Shown here piece after piece: positions 1 to 9,717 of a stretch of 64,000 nt of DNA. The stretch covers positions 9,519 to 73,518 of the forward strand of contig JAEZCC010000010.1 in the NCBI GenBank assembly GCA_023412715.1, in the 5' to 3' direction. Both the position numbers and the translations under genes were made by a program. Source of the DNA: Bacillota bacterium. GTDB taxonomy: Bacteria; Bacillota; Clostridia; Oscillospirales; Acutalibacteraceae. Positions within the stretch are counted from its first letter, which is position 1; each line of letters begins with the position of its first letter. The notes under the pieces are model-generated. The model saw only the letters and a program-made list of their open reading frames with translations. It had not been told where the DNA came from and did not search any database.

Positions 1-2
1 GA

Positions 3-557
3 ACCCGGAAGGCGGAGCTTGTCAACATGGGGTCGCGCAACACGGGCGTCACGCATCTCGAGTTCAAAATCCCTGCCCGCGGCCTGATGGGCTACCGGCA
101 GGAATTCCTGACCGACACCAACGGCAACGGCATCATGAACAACGTGTTCGACAGCTACGAGCCGTATAAGGGCGACATCACCGCGCGCGCGCAGGGCTCG
201 CTCATTGCGCACGAGACGGGCGAGGCGACCGGCTACGGCCTGTTCTATGCGCAGGACCGCGGCCGCATGTTCATCGGACCCGGCGTCGAGGTTTACGAGG
301 GCATGATCGTCGGCGTGAGCCCGAAGTCGGACGACATCGCCGTCAACGTATGCAAGAAGAAGCACGCCACCAACACCCGCGCCTCAGGCTCCGACGAGGC
401 GCTCAAGCTGACGCCGCCCAGCATCATGAGCCTTGAGCAGTGCCTCGAGTTCATCAAGCCGGACGAGCTGGTGGAAGTGACGCCGAAGAATATCCGCATG
501 CGCAAGATGGTCCTGAACAAAGAACAGCGCATGAAGCTTGCGGCGAAGAAAAAGTGA
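3..557 (+). CDS. typA: Translational GTPase TypA/BipA, C-terminal part (5' truncated by window edge)
   Basis: PARGLMGYR, GNGIMN, VYEGMIVG, NVCKKKHATNTRASGSD and ELVEVTPKNIRMRK are BipA C-terminal motifs; frame is open to the window start. Confidence 0.95.
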   Translation, partial: TRKAELVNMGSRNTGVTHLEFKIPARGLMGYRQEFLTDTNGNGIMNNVFDSYEPYKGDITARAQGSLIAHETGEATGYGLFYAQDRGRMFIGPGVEVYEGMIVGVSPKSDDIAVNVCKKKHATNTRASGSDEALKLTPPSIMSLEQCLEFIKPDELVEVTPKNIRMRKMVLNKEQRMKLAAKKK

Positions 558-627
558 AATTCCACACGAATTCTACAGCGGGATGGGGAACTTTGTCGCT
601 CCCCGCATGAGGAGCGCGGGTTAAATT

Positions 628-1533
628 ATGAATTTTGTGATTCTGGACCTTGAATGGAACGGCGCCTACAGCGGCAGGCTGAAAGGTTTTATCAATGAGA
701 TCATCGAGTTCGGCGCCGTCAGAGTCGACGAGCGCCTGAATATCGTCGACACGTTCGAGGCGCTCATCCGCCCGCAGGTGGGCAAGAAGATCAGCGGGAA
801 AATCAAGAGCCTCACAAGCATCACGAACGAAGATCTCGAGGGCGGGCTGCAGTTCATGCAGGCCGTCAGCCGGTTTGGCAGGTGGAGCCGCGGCGCGGTC
901 GTCATGACGTGGGGCACGTCTGACGTCCTCGCGCTGATTGAAAACTGCCGGTACTTCTGCGGCAGCGACAGGATCCCGTCCCTTTCGCGCTACGTCGACC
1001 TGCAGGCGTACTGCGAAGAGATGCTGGCGTATGACCGCACGCGGCAGATTGGCCTTTCCACCGCGGCGGAGCTGCTTGGGGTCGACGAGGGCGAATTCGA
1101 CCATCACCGCGCGCTGGGGGACAGCCTGCTGACGCTCCGCTGCTTTCAGAAGGTGTATGATTCCGAAAAGCTCGCGCCGTTCGTCCAGGACGCCGGCAGC
1201 GACGAGTTTTACAACCGGATGGAATTCAAGACGGTCGTCATCTGCGACCTGAAGCATCCGCTCATCCGCCCGGCGGACCTTTCGTTCTGCTGCGCGCAGT
1301 GCGGCCGCCGCGCCAGGCGGGTGGGGGACTGGCAGCTGCGCAACAAGAGCTTCCGCGCGGAATTTTACTGCAGGCGATGCGACAATAAATTCATTGGCCG
1401 CGTGCAGTTCAAGCTGAAATACGAGGGGCTGGTCGTCAAGAAGACGGTGCTGCCGCTGAGGCAGGAAAGCGAAGCGGCGGCGGACGGCGGGAAAGAGGAA
1501 GCTCCCCGGGATCCGCCGAAAAATCCGGACTGA
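628..1533 (+). CDS. DEDDh 3'-5' exonuclease (ERI-1/KapD-like) with C-terminal Cys4 zinc-ribbon-like domain
   Basis: ILDLEWN (ExoI), EIIEFGAV, WGTSD (ExoII), HHRALGD (ExoIII); C-terminal CAQC...CRRC. Confidence 0.85.
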   Translation: MNFVILDLEWNGAYSGRLKGFINEIIEFGAVRVDERLNIVDTFEALIRPQVGKKISGKIKSLTSITNEDLEGGLQFMQAVSRFGRWSRGAVVMTWGTSDVLALIENCRYFCGSDRIPSLSRYVDLQAYCEEMLAYDRTRQIGLSTAAELLGVDEGEFDHHRALGDSLLTLRCFQKVYDSEKLAPFVQDAGSDEFYNRMEFKTVVICDLKHPLIRPADLSFCCAQCGRRARRVGDWQLRNKSFRAEFYCRRCDNKFIGRVQFKLKYEGLVVKKTVLPLRQESEAAADGGKEEAPRDPPKNPD

Positions 1534-1557
1534 CAGGCTGTCTGTCGGGTCCGGATT

Positions 1558-1873
1558 TCATTTTTGGCCGAGAAGCATATCCCGCCACAGCATGGTCTGC
1601 TCCTGCGTTTCGCCGTTCAGCAGGCACGGCAGCCCGTCTGCCAGCGAGATTAGCAGGACCGGGTCTTCTCTTCGGCATACATAGACACGGCAGGGGCCGG
1701 TTCCTTCCAGCACAAAAGTTCCGGCGCGTCTGCGGCCTGCCGAAAAGCCGTTGGTCCGCATGCCGCCGGGCATGGAATCCAGCGCCCGGACGCCGCCGAT
1801 GTCTGAAAGGCGGAAGGAACAGGAGTGAAACGGCGCGGAAATCTCCTATGGCAAGAAGAGCGGCCACGGCCAT
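1558..1873 (-). pseudogene. Frameshifted/truncated bacterial PH-domain-like protein gene
   Basis: Strong SD (AAGGAGGGGG) with ATG at 1873 is one base out of frame with a start-less 95-aa frame (1845-1558: EISAPFHSCSFRLSDIGGVRALDSMPGGMRTNGF...GPCRVYV...LLNGETQEQT) that is preceded by TAG at 1848-1846. Confidence 0.5.
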
Positions 1874-1903
1874 CCCCCTCCTTCAAAAAAGCTCCCGGCG
1901 AAT

Positions 1904-2551
1904 TTATTTTGCCGGCTTTTTTTGCGGTATCCGCCTCTTGCAGAAATCCTTCATGCAGCAGATGTCGCATTTGGGGCTGCGCGCCGTGCAGACCGCCCGC
2001 CCGTGCAGGACGAGCCTGTGGCAGAAGTCGTTGGATTCCTCCGGCGGCAGGATCGCCCGCAGCTGCTTCTCGACCTTCAGCGGGTCCGTGCCCTCGCTCA
2101 GGCCCAGCCTGCCGCTGATGCGGATGCAGTGCGTGTCTGTCACGACGGCCGGCTTGCCGTAGATGTCGCCGACAATCAGGTTTGCCGTTTTGCGCCCCAC
2201 GCCGGGCAGCTTCGTCAGCTCTTCGACCGTGTCCGGCACAACGCCGCCGAACTGCTCTTTCAGGGCGCGGCACATGGCCACAATGTCCCGCGCCTTCGTC
2301 TTGTAAAGGCCGCAGGAGCGGATATACGGCTCCACTTCCTCCCGCGTTGCGGCGCAGAACGCGTCCAGGTCCGGAAACCGCGCGAACAGCGCCGGCGTCA
2401 CGAGGTTCACGCGCGCGTCCGTGCATTGCGCGGAGAGCCGCGTTGCAATCAGCAGCCGCAGGGGTTCGCGGTCCTGCAGCGAGCAGATCCCCTCCGGGTA
2501 TTCTTTTTTCAGGGCCGCGACGGCAAGAGCGGCGCGCTGCTTCTTTGTCAT
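1904..2551 (-). CDS. nth: Endonuclease III
   Basis: LSAQCTD, HhH LPGVGRKTAN, DTH, 4Fe-4S CTARSPKCDIC..C; start set at MTKKQ after SD GGAAGGAG. Confidence 0.95.
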   Translation of the reverse strand: MTKKQRAALAVAALKKEYPEGICSLQDREPLRLLIATRLSAQCTDARVNLVTPALFARFPDLDAFCAATREEVEPYIRSCGLYKTKARDIVAMCRALKEQFGGVVPDTVEELTKLPGVGRKTANLIVGDIYGKPAVVTDTHCIRISGRLGLSEGTDPLKVEKQLRAILPPEESNDFCHRLVLHGRAVCTARSPKCDICCMKDFCKRRIPQKKPAK

Positions 2552-2808
2552 TTCCCATTCTCCTTCCAAAGCTGCTTTATTTTAATACAAAACGCGTTTC
2601 TCCGCAAGCCCGGCGGCGGACCGTGTCCGCTCCCACGGCCGGGCGTACGGCCCGGCGGGAACCGAAGGCTTTCTTTGCCCGGGCGGTTTAAGAAGCTGCT
2701 CCCGCAGATAAAAAAGTGTTTCAGGGAGTTTTCCTCTGCCCCCGCCGGAGTAAGCAAATTTTTCCACCGCGCTGAGCGTCGGGGCGCGGCTGCGGCGACA
2801 CGCCGCCA

Positions 2809-2837
2809 TTGCGTTTTGGGCGTCCGCAATGTATAAT
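2809..2837 (+). promoter_or_regulatory. sigma-A-like promoter of glyA
   Basis: TTGCGT-N17-TATAAT. Confidence 0.6.
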
Positions 2838-2871
2838 GAAAGAAAATTTGTGCGGGAAAGGGTTTGAAAAC

Positions 2872-4125
2872 ATGTACAGTGATCTGATCGATACCATTGG
2901 ATTTGTTTCCGGTGCAGACCCCGAAGTCGGAGCGGCAATGAAGCAGGAGCTGGGCCGCCAGCGCAGCAACCTGGAGCTGATTGCCTCCGAGAACATCGTT
3001 TCCCCGGCGGTGATGGCGGCCATGGGCAGCGTGCTGACGAATAAATATGCCGAGGGCTACCCAGGGAAACGTTATTACGGCGGCTGCCAGTATGTCGACG
3101 TCGTCGAAGAAATCGCCCGGACCCGCGCGTGCAGGCTGTTCGGAGCGGAGCACGCGAACGTTCAGCCGCATTCCGGGGCGCAGGCCAACACGGCGGTCTA
3201 CTTTGCGCTTCTGCAGCCCGGCGGCACCGTCATGGGAATGAACCTGGCGGAAGGCGGGCATCTTACTCATGGATCGCCGGTGAATATTTCGGGAAAATAC
3301 TTTCATTTCGTGCCTTACGGCGTCAGCCCGGAAACCGGCCGCATCGACTACGACAAGGTGTACGAGACCGCCATGCAGGTTAAGCCGAAGATGATTGTCG
3401 CTGGGGCCAGCGCGTATCCGCGCATCATCGATTTCAAACGTTTCCGCGAAATCTGCGACGCGTGCGGCGCCCTGCTCATGGTGGACATGGCGCATATCGC
3501 CGGACTGGTCGCTTCCGGCGACCACCCGAACCCGGTCGAGTGGGCCGACATCGTCACCACAACCACGCACAAGACCCTGCGCGGCCCCCGCGGCGGCCTG
3601 ATCCTCTGCAAAGAGCAGTACGCCAAAGCAATCGACAAGGCGATTTTCCCCGGTACGCAGGGCGGCCCGCTGATGCACGTCATCGCAGGCAAGGCCGTCT
3701 GCCTCGGCGAAGCGCTGAAGCCGGAATTCAGGGAATACAGCCACCGCGTCGTGAAAAACGCGAAGGCGCTTGCCGAGGGCCTTTTAAAGCGTGACGTGAA
3801 GCTGGTCACGGGCGGCACCGACAACCACCTCATGATGGTCGACCTGAGCGGCCTCGAGCTGACCGGAAAAGAGCTGGAGCAGCGGCTCGACTCGGTCAAC
3901 ATCACCGCCAACAAAAATACGGTCCCGAACGAAAAGCGTTCCCCGTTCGTCACGAGCGGCCTGCGCCTCGGTTCGCCTGCCGTCACCACGCGCGGCCTGA
4001 ACGAGAGGGACATGGACAAAATCGCGGAGTGCATCGCGCTTGCGATTCACGGCTTCGACGCGAACCGCGAAAAGATTCACGACGCCGTCAGGGACATCTG
4101 CGCGCGTTACCCGCTCTACGAATAG
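2872..4125 (+). CDS. glyA: Serine hydroxymethyltransferase
   Basis: [24 protein letters not shown] lysine motif [14 protein letters not shown]; start at MYSD after GGAAAGGG. Confidence 0.97.
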   Translation: MYSDLIDTIGFVSGADPEVGAAMKQELGRQRSNLELIASENIVSPAVMAAMGSVLTNKYAEGYPGKRYYGGCQYVDVVEEIARTRACRLFGAEHANVQPHSGAQANTAVYFALLQPGGTVMGMNLAEGGHLTHGSPVNISGKYFHFVPYGVSPETGRIDYDKVYETAMQVKPKMIVAGASAYPRIIDFKRFREICDACGALLMVDMAHIAGLVASGDHPNPVEWADIVTTTTHKTLRGPRGGLILCKEQYAKAIDKAIFPGTQGGPLMHVIAGKAVCLGEALKPEFREYSHRVVKNAKALAEGLLKRDVKLVTGGTDNHLMMVDLSGLELTGKELEQRLDSVNITANKNTVPNEKRSPFVTSGLRLGSPAVTTRGLNERDMDKIAECIALAIHGFDANREKIHDAVRDICARYPLYE

Positions 4126-4333
4126 GCGGGCGCATAGCGTCCTCCGCGCCTGCGGCGGTCATCATTTTTGTCATTTGCCCTGGGCGCTCTCTCAATTTGA
4201 TTTCTTTCGTAACCGGCGGGAGATGGGAAAAACCGTCCCGCCGCAATCAGTCGGCTGGTTTTTACTGGGCTATATGGCGGGCCGAAGCGGGCTGTGCCCG
4301 CGCAGGATCGGCCTGCCGGAAAGGATGGTGCTT

Positions 4334-5605
4334 ATGCCGGCTCCTCTCGCGGACCGGATCCGCCCGCGCACGCTGGACGAAATCGTCGGTCAGCATCACC
4401 TTCTCGACCCCGGCAGGCCGCTGCGCCGCATCATCGAGTCCGGCGAAATCCCGAACATGGTCTTTTACGGCCCGGCCGGCGTGGGGAAGACGACGCTCGC
4501 CTCCATTATTGCGGACCGCACGAACCGCAAGCTTTTCAAGCTGAACGGGACGACCGCCTCCACCGCCGACATCCACAGCGTGGTGGCCCGCATCGACACG
4601 CTCGAGACACAGAACGGCATCCTGCTGTATCTCGACGAGATTCAGTATTTCAACAAAAAGCAGCAGCAGACCCTCCTCGAGTTTATCGAGAACGGCTCCA
4701 TCACGCTGATTGCGGCGACCACGGAAAATCCGTATTTCTACGTTTACGGCGCCATTCTCAGCCGCTCGACGGTGTTCGAGTTCAAATCCGTCGAGAAGGA
4801 AGATATCCTGCGGGCCGTGCGGCGCGCGTTCGCGTTTCTTGCAGACGAGCAGCACCGGGAGATCACCGCGGAAGACGGCGCGATGGAATACATCGCCTCC
4901 GCGTGCGGCGGCGACGTGCGCAAGGCCATGAACGCCGCGGAGCTGTGCGTCCTTTCCGGCGAGGAGCAGGCGGACGGCTCCTGCCGCGTCACCCTGCGGG
5001 CCGCGCGGGAGCTGACCCAGCGCAGCGCCATGAAATACGACCGCGCCGGCGACGAGCATTACGACATCCTTTCCGCGTTCCAGAAGTCCATGCGCGGCTC
5101 CGACCCGGACGCGTCTCTCCATTACCTTGCGAGGCTTCTGGAGGCGGGGGACCTGCCGTCGGCCTGCCGGAGGCTGATGGTCTGCGCCTGCGAGGACGTC
5201 GGGCTTGCCTACCCGCAGATTATCCCCATTGTCAAGGCCGCCGTGGACGCGGCGCTGCAGGTCGGCCTGCCGGAGGCGCGCATCCCGCTCGCGGACGCCG
5301 TCGTGCTTGTCAGCATGGCGCCGAAATCGAACTCCGCGTACTGCGCGATCGACGCCGCCGTCGCGGACATCCGCAACGGCAGGACGGGGCCGATTCCGCG
5401 CCGGCTGCAGAACAAGCACTACGACGGAGCGGACAACCCGCACAAGGGGCAGTTCTACCAGTATCCGCACGATTTTCCGGACCACTGGGTGGACCAGCAG
5501 TATCTTCCGGACATTTTGAAGGATGCCGTCTATTACCGCTGCGGGGATAATAAGACGGAACAGGCGTTCTGGGGGTATTGGCAGAAAATCAAAAAAAAGC
5601 GGTAA
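4334..5605 (+). CDS. rarA: Replication-associated recombination protein A (MgsA/RarA AAA+ ATPase)
   Basis: PLADRIRP, Walker A GPAGVGKT, ATTENPYF, SAFQKSMRGSDPDA, YPHDFP. Confidence 0.93.
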   Translation: MPAPLADRIRPRTLDEIVGQHHLLDPGRPLRRIIESGEIPNMVFYGPAGVGKTTLASIIADRTNRKLFKLNGTTASTADIHSVVARIDTLETQNGILLYLDEIQYFNKKQQQTLLEFIENGSITLIAATTENPYFYVYGAILSRSTVFEFKSVEKEDILRAVRRAFAFLADEQHREITAEDGAMEYIASACGGDVRKAMNAAELCVLSGEEQADGSCRVTLRAARELTQRSAMKYDRAGDEHYDILSAFQKSMRGSDPDASLHYLARLLEAGDLPSACRRLMVCACEDVGLAYPQIIPIVKAAVDAALQVGLPEARIPLADAVVLVSMAPKSNSAYCAIDAAVADIRNGRTGPIPRRLQNKHYDGADNPHKGQFYQYPHDFPDHWVDQQYLPDILKDAVYYRCGDNKTEQAFWGYWQKIKKKR

Positions 5606-5683
5606 GTTTTATTCCCTTTTGACCTTGATTCCGCCCTGCGTTCGCGCTATAATATCCTGAAACCATTTTGGGAGGCTTTCTGC

Positions 5684-6343
5684 TTGACCATCGATGTGCT
5701 GAATACGCTATCCTATGGAATGTACGCCATCGGCGTAAAAAACGGAGATAAAGTTTCCGCCTGCATCGTCAACACGGTCGTTCAGGTCGCGTATGACCCG
5801 AACCTCATTTCTGTGAGCGTCAGCCACAACAATTACAGCAACGAGTGCATCAAGAAAAACGGGATTTTCAGCGTGGCCGTCCTGTCGGAAGACACTTCGG
5901 GCGCGGTGATCGGGGCGCTGGGCTTCAATTCCGGCCGCGACACCGACAAGCTGAAAAACGTCCGCTACCGCGTTCTGGCAGAGGGAGTCCCCGTGATTAA
6001 AGAGAATATCTGCTGCTGGTTTCTCTGCAAGGTCGTCAACAGCGTAGAGACGCCTTCCCACACCGTTTTCATCGCGGAAGTCCTAGCCGGCAGCGAGTCG
6101 GTGCAGAGAAAGCCCATGACCTACGATTATTACCATAAGGTCATCAAGGGAAGGGCGCCGAAAAACGCCCCGACCTACCGGGAAGAAAAGACGCCGGAAA
6201 AAGAAAGCGACGCGGAAAGCTGGATCTGCACGGTATGCGGTTATATTTACAGCGATCCGTTTGTTCCGTTTGAAGAGTTGCCGGACGATTGGGTCTGTCC
6301 CATTTGCGGGGCGCCGAAATCGGCGTTCAGGCGGCAGAATTAA
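5684..6343 (+). CDS. Flavin reductase-rubredoxin fusion (high-molecular-weight rubredoxin-like)
   Basis: N-terminal SYGMYAIG...[15 protein letters not shown] flavin-reductase region, PMTYDYYH; C-terminal [10 protein letters not shown]...[20 protein letters not shown] start after GGGAGG. Confidence 0.88.
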   Translation: MTIDVLNTLSYGMYAIGVKNGDKVSACIVNTVVQVAYDPNLISVSVSHNNYSNECIKKNGIFSVAVLSEDTSGAVIGALGFNSGRDTDKLKNVRYRVLAEGVPVIKENICCWFLCKVVNSVETPSHTVFIAEVLAGSESVQRKPMTYDYYHKVIKGRAPKNAPTYREEKTPEKESDAESWICTVCGYIYSDPFVPFEELPDDWVCPICGAPKSAFRRQN

Positions 6344-6448
6344 TCCGTACAAAAAGCTCACTCCGATGCAAAGAGGCACCGGGCGGGCTTTTTTTTTGAG
6401 TTTTTGCCCATGCAGATTTTAAAATTGAGGGATTGGGAGAGAAAAATC

Positions 6449-7738
6449 ATGACAAAACAGATTATTCAGGTCGAGGAGCGCCTTCCGCTGGGGAAGGGAA
6501 TTCCGCTCAGCCTTCAGCACATGTTCGCAATGTTCAGCGCCTCGGTCCTTGTGCCGAACCTTCTCGGCATCAACCCGGCCGTGGTCCTCTTCATGAACGG
6601 CGTCGGCACGCTGCTTTACATCCTGATTTCAAAAGGGAAGGCGCCGGCTTATCTCGGCTCCAGCTTCGCGTTCATCGCGCCCGCGGTCATCGTCATCAAG
6701 GCGCCGGGGCTGGGCTACGGGTACGCGCTCGGCGGCTTTGTCGCCTCAGGCGCCGTGTTCTGCATTGTGGCCCTGATTATCAAATTCTGCGGGACGAAAT
6801 GGATTGACGTGATTCTCCCCCCGGCGGCCATGGGGTCGGTCGTCGCCCTGATTGGCCTCGAGCTTTCGGGCACCGCGGCCCAGATGGGCGGCCTTGTGCT
6901 GACCGACGGCTACACGCAGATTGACCCGAAAAAGGTGACGATTTTCCTCGTGACGCTCGGCGTCGCCGTGTTCGGCTCCGTGCTGTTCCGGCGTTTTCTT
7001 GCGGTCATCCCCATTCTTGTGGCGATTGTCGTCGGCTACCTGCTGGCGTGGGGCATGGGCGCGGTCGATTTCAGCGGCGTCGCCGCGGCGCCGGTCTTCG
7101 CGCTGCCGAATTTTCAGCCGGCGAAATTCAACTGGAGCGCCGTTTCCATTATCCTCCCGGCGACCGTGGTGGTCGTTTCCGAGCATATCGGCCACCAGAT
7201 TGTAACAGGCAAGATCATCGGGCGTGACATCATCAAGGATCCGGGCCTGCACCGCACTCTGCTGGGCGACGGCATTTCCACGATGCTTTCCGGCTTTGTC
7301 GGCGCCGTTCCGACGACGACCTACGGCGAAAATATCGGCGTCATGGCCATGACGGGCGTCTACAGCGTGTGGGTCATCGGCGGCGCGGCGGTCATTTCCA
7401 TTGCGGTTTCGTTCTTCGGCAAGATTTCCGCGGTCATCCAGGCGATCCCCGGGCCGGTCATGGGCGGGGTCAGCTTCCTGCTTTACGGCATGATTGCCGC
7501 CTCAGGCATTCGTCTTCTTGTCGAGCAGAAGGTGGACTACAGCCGTTCCCGCAATCTTGCCATGACGAGCATCGTGCTGGTCACCGGCCTTTCCGGGGCC
7601 TTCGTGAACATCTGGCAGGTCAAGCTGACAGGCATGGCGCTCGGCGCCGTGGTTGCCATGCTGCTGGGTATCATTTTCTGGGTGATCGACAAATTCCACG
7701 CCGCGAACGACTATGCGGAAGAACCTGCCGGAGATTAA
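6449..7738 (+). CDS. uraA: Uracil permease (NCS2 family, UraA/PyrP)
   Basis: LQHMFAMF, YLGSSFAF, EHIGH, PTTTYGENIGV NCS2 signature; multiple TM segments. Confidence 0.9.
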   Translation: MTKQIIQVEERLPLGKGIPLSLQHMFAMFSASVLVPNLLGINPAVVLFMNGVGTLLYILISKGKAPAYLGSSFAFIAPAVIVIKAPGLGYGYALGGFVASGAVFCIVALIIKFCGTKWIDVILPPAAMGSVVALIGLELSGTAAQMGGLVLTDGYTQIDPKKVTIFLVTLGVAVFGSVLFRRFLAVIPILVAIVVGYLLAWGMGAVDFSGVAAAPVFALPNFQPAKFNWSAVSIILPATVVVVSEHIGHQIVTGKIIGRDIIKDPGLHRTLLGDGISTMLSGFVGAVPTTTYGENIGVMAMTGVYSVWVIGGAAVISIAVSFFGKISAVIQAIPGPVMGGVSFLLYGMIAASGIRLLVEQKVDYSRSRNLAMTSIVLVTGLSGAFVNIWQVKLTGMALGAVVAMLLGIIFWVIDKFHAANDYAEEPAGD

Positions 7739-7759
7739 GCTCGAAATTCCCGACGCGCA

Positions 7760-7788
7760 TTGAATTTTTCGCCGGCATGGCCTATAAT
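7760..7788 (+). promoter_or_regulatory. sigma-A-like promoter of the transketolase genes
   Basis: TTGAAT-N17-TATAAT. Confidence 0.6.
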
Positions 7789-7823
7789 AACACCGTATTA
7801 TCTGTGAAAGTGGGAGGTTACTG

Positions 7824-8669
7824 ATGAAACAAGAGGAGAAAAAAGCCCTGCAGATCGCCGCGTGCAAGATACGCATCGGCGCCGTAGAGGGCGTGTATTG
7901 CGCAAAATCCGGACATCCGGGCGGCTCGCTTTCAGCGGCCGACATTTTTGCGTACCTGTATTTTCATGAACTGCGCATCGACCCCGCAGACCCGAAGAAG
8001 GCGGACCGCGACCGTTTCGTCCTTTCCAAGGGGCATACGTGCCCCGGGCTGTACGCGGCGCTTGCGCTGAAAGGGTATTTCGCGTGGGACGAGCTGAAAA
8101 AGCTGCGCCACATCGGGGCCATGCTCCAGGGCCACCCGGATATGAAGGGCACGCCCGGCATCGACATGAGCACCGGCTCGCTGGGACAGGGGATATCCGC
8201 CGCGTGCGGAATGGCGCTGGCGGGCAAGCTGGACGCCAGGACTTACCGCGTCTACAGCGTGCTTGGCGACGGCGAGCTGGAGGAAGGCCAGGTCTGGGAG
8301 GCGTCGATGTTCGCCGCTCACCATAAGCTGGACAATCTCTGCGTAGTGGTCGACTACAACGGCCTGCAGATCGACGGCCCTGTCGCGGAAATCGGCGGCC
8401 CCGCTCCGGTGGACGAGAAATTCCGCGCTTTCGGCTTTGACGTGCAGACCATCGACGGCCACGATTTCGACGCCATCGACGCGGCGTTCGCCCATGCGAA
8501 AACCGTGAAAGGCAGGCCGAGCGCGATTATTGCCAGGACCGTCAAGGGCAAGGGCGTTTCCTTTATGGAAAACCAGGTCGGCTGGCACGGCAAGGCTCCG
8601 AACGACGAGCAGTACAAGACGGCGATGGACGAGCTGCAGAAGACCCTTGCGGAACGGGAGGCGGAGTAA
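7824..8669 (+). CDS. Transketolase, N-terminal (TPP-binding) subunit
   Basis: SGHPGGSLS, DRFVLSKGH, STGSLGQG, GDGELEEG. Confidence 0.93.
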   Translation: MKQEEKKALQIAACKIRIGAVEGVYCAKSGHPGGSLSAADIFAYLYFHELRIDPADPKKADRDRFVLSKGHTCPGLYAALALKGYFAWDELKKLRHIGAMLQGHPDMKGTPGIDMSTGSLGQGISAACGMALAGKLDARTYRVYSVLGDGELEEGQVWEASMFAAHHKLDNLCVVVDYNGLQIDGPVAEIGGPAPVDEKFRAFGFDVQTIDGHDFDAIDAAFAHAKTVKGRPSAIIARTVKGKGVSFMENQVGWHGKAPNDEQYKTAMDELQKTLAEREAE

Positions 8670-9614
8670 ATGGCTGAAACTGTGAAGAAAGCGACCCGCG
8701 AAAGCTACGGCCTTGCGCTTGTGGAACTGGGGAAAGAGAACCCGGACGTCGTCGTGCTTGACGCCGACCTCGCGGAAGCGACAAAGAGCGGCTTCTTCAA
8801 GGAGAAATTCCCGGAGCGCTTTGTGGACTGCGGCATTGCGGAATGCAACATGATCGGCGTTGCGGCGGGCCTTGCCACCTGCGGCAAGATTCCGTTTGCC
8901 AGCTCGTTCGCCATGTTCGCGGCGGGCCGCGCGTTTGAGCAGGTCCGCAATTCCGTCGGCTACCCGCACCTGAACGTCAAGATTGCCGGGTCCCACGCCG
9001 GTATTTCGGTCGGGGAGGACGGCGCTACGCACCAGTGCCTCGAGGATCTCGCGCTCATGCGCACCATCCCGGGCATGGTCGTGCTCAACCCCGCCGACCA
9101 TTATGAGATGCAGGCGGCCGTCAAGGCTGCCGCCGCCTACAAGGGACCCGTCTATATCCGCCTCGGGCGCCTTGCCGTCGAGAGCTTCAATAACAACGAC
9201 GATTACAGGTTCGAAATCGGGAAGGGCGTCACCCTGCGCGACGGCAAAGACATCACGGTCATCGCCACGGGCCTGATGGTTTCCCGCGCCTTGGAAGCCG
9301 TCCGCCAGCTTGAAAAAGAGGGTATCGACGCAAGGCTTGTCAACATCCACACCCTCAAGCCGATCGACCGGGAAATCATCGTCAGGGCGGCGAAAGAAAC
9401 GGGGAAGATCGTGACCGTCGAAGAGCACAACGTCATCGGCGGCCTGGGCGATGCCGTCAGCAGCGTCCTTTGCGAAGAATATCCGGCCCCGCTGGTCAAA
9501 ATCGGCGTGAACGACGTGTTCGGCCACTCCGGACCGGCGGCCGCGCTGCTGGATCAGTACGGCCTGAACGCTTCCCACATTGAGGAAGTCGTCAGGGATT
9601 TTCTGAAAAAGTAA
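8670..9614 (+). CDS. Transketolase, C-terminal subunit
   Basis: DADLAEAT, GIAECNM, GEDGATHQ, TVEEH; directly abuts the N-terminal subunit gene. Confidence 0.93.
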   Translation: MAETVKKATRESYGLALVELGKENPDVVVLDADLAEATKSGFFKEKFPERFVDCGIAECNMIGVAAGLATCGKIPFASSFAMFAAGRAFEQVRNSVGYPHLNVKIAGSHAGISVGEDGATHQCLEDLALMRTIPGMVVLNPADHYEMQAAVKAAAAYKGPVYIRLGRLAVESFNNNDDYRFEIGKGVTLRDGKDITVIATGLMVSRALEAVRQLEKEGIDARLVNIHTLKPIDREIIVRAAKETGKIVTVEEHNVIGGLGDAVSSVLCEEYPAPLVKIGVNDVFGHSGPAAALLDQYGLNASHIEEVVRDFLKK

Positions 9615-9643
9615 GCGAACAGCCGCGCTGAAACGCGCGCAAT

Positions 9644-9683
9644 AGCAAACGGCCGCAGGTTCTTTTTCCTGCGGCCGTTTGCT
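9644..9683 (+). terminator. Stem-loop after the transketolase genes
   Basis: AGCAAACGGCCGCAGG / CCTGCGGCCGTTTGCT perfect inverted repeat. Confidence 0.7.
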
Positions 9684-9717
9684 GCTTGAATTTTGTTTTT
9701 CCGGGGAGGGAAGGCCT

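Noticed and set aside
2838..2871. ZTP/THF riboswitch upstream of glyA (also checked upstream of fhs)
   Set aside because: Short UTRs and no recognisable aptamer motifs
6344..6448. PyrR-binding attenuator upstream of uraA
   Set aside because: A hairpin with a T-run is present, but no clear ARUCCNGNGAGGYU PyrR loop; treated as a probable plain terminator
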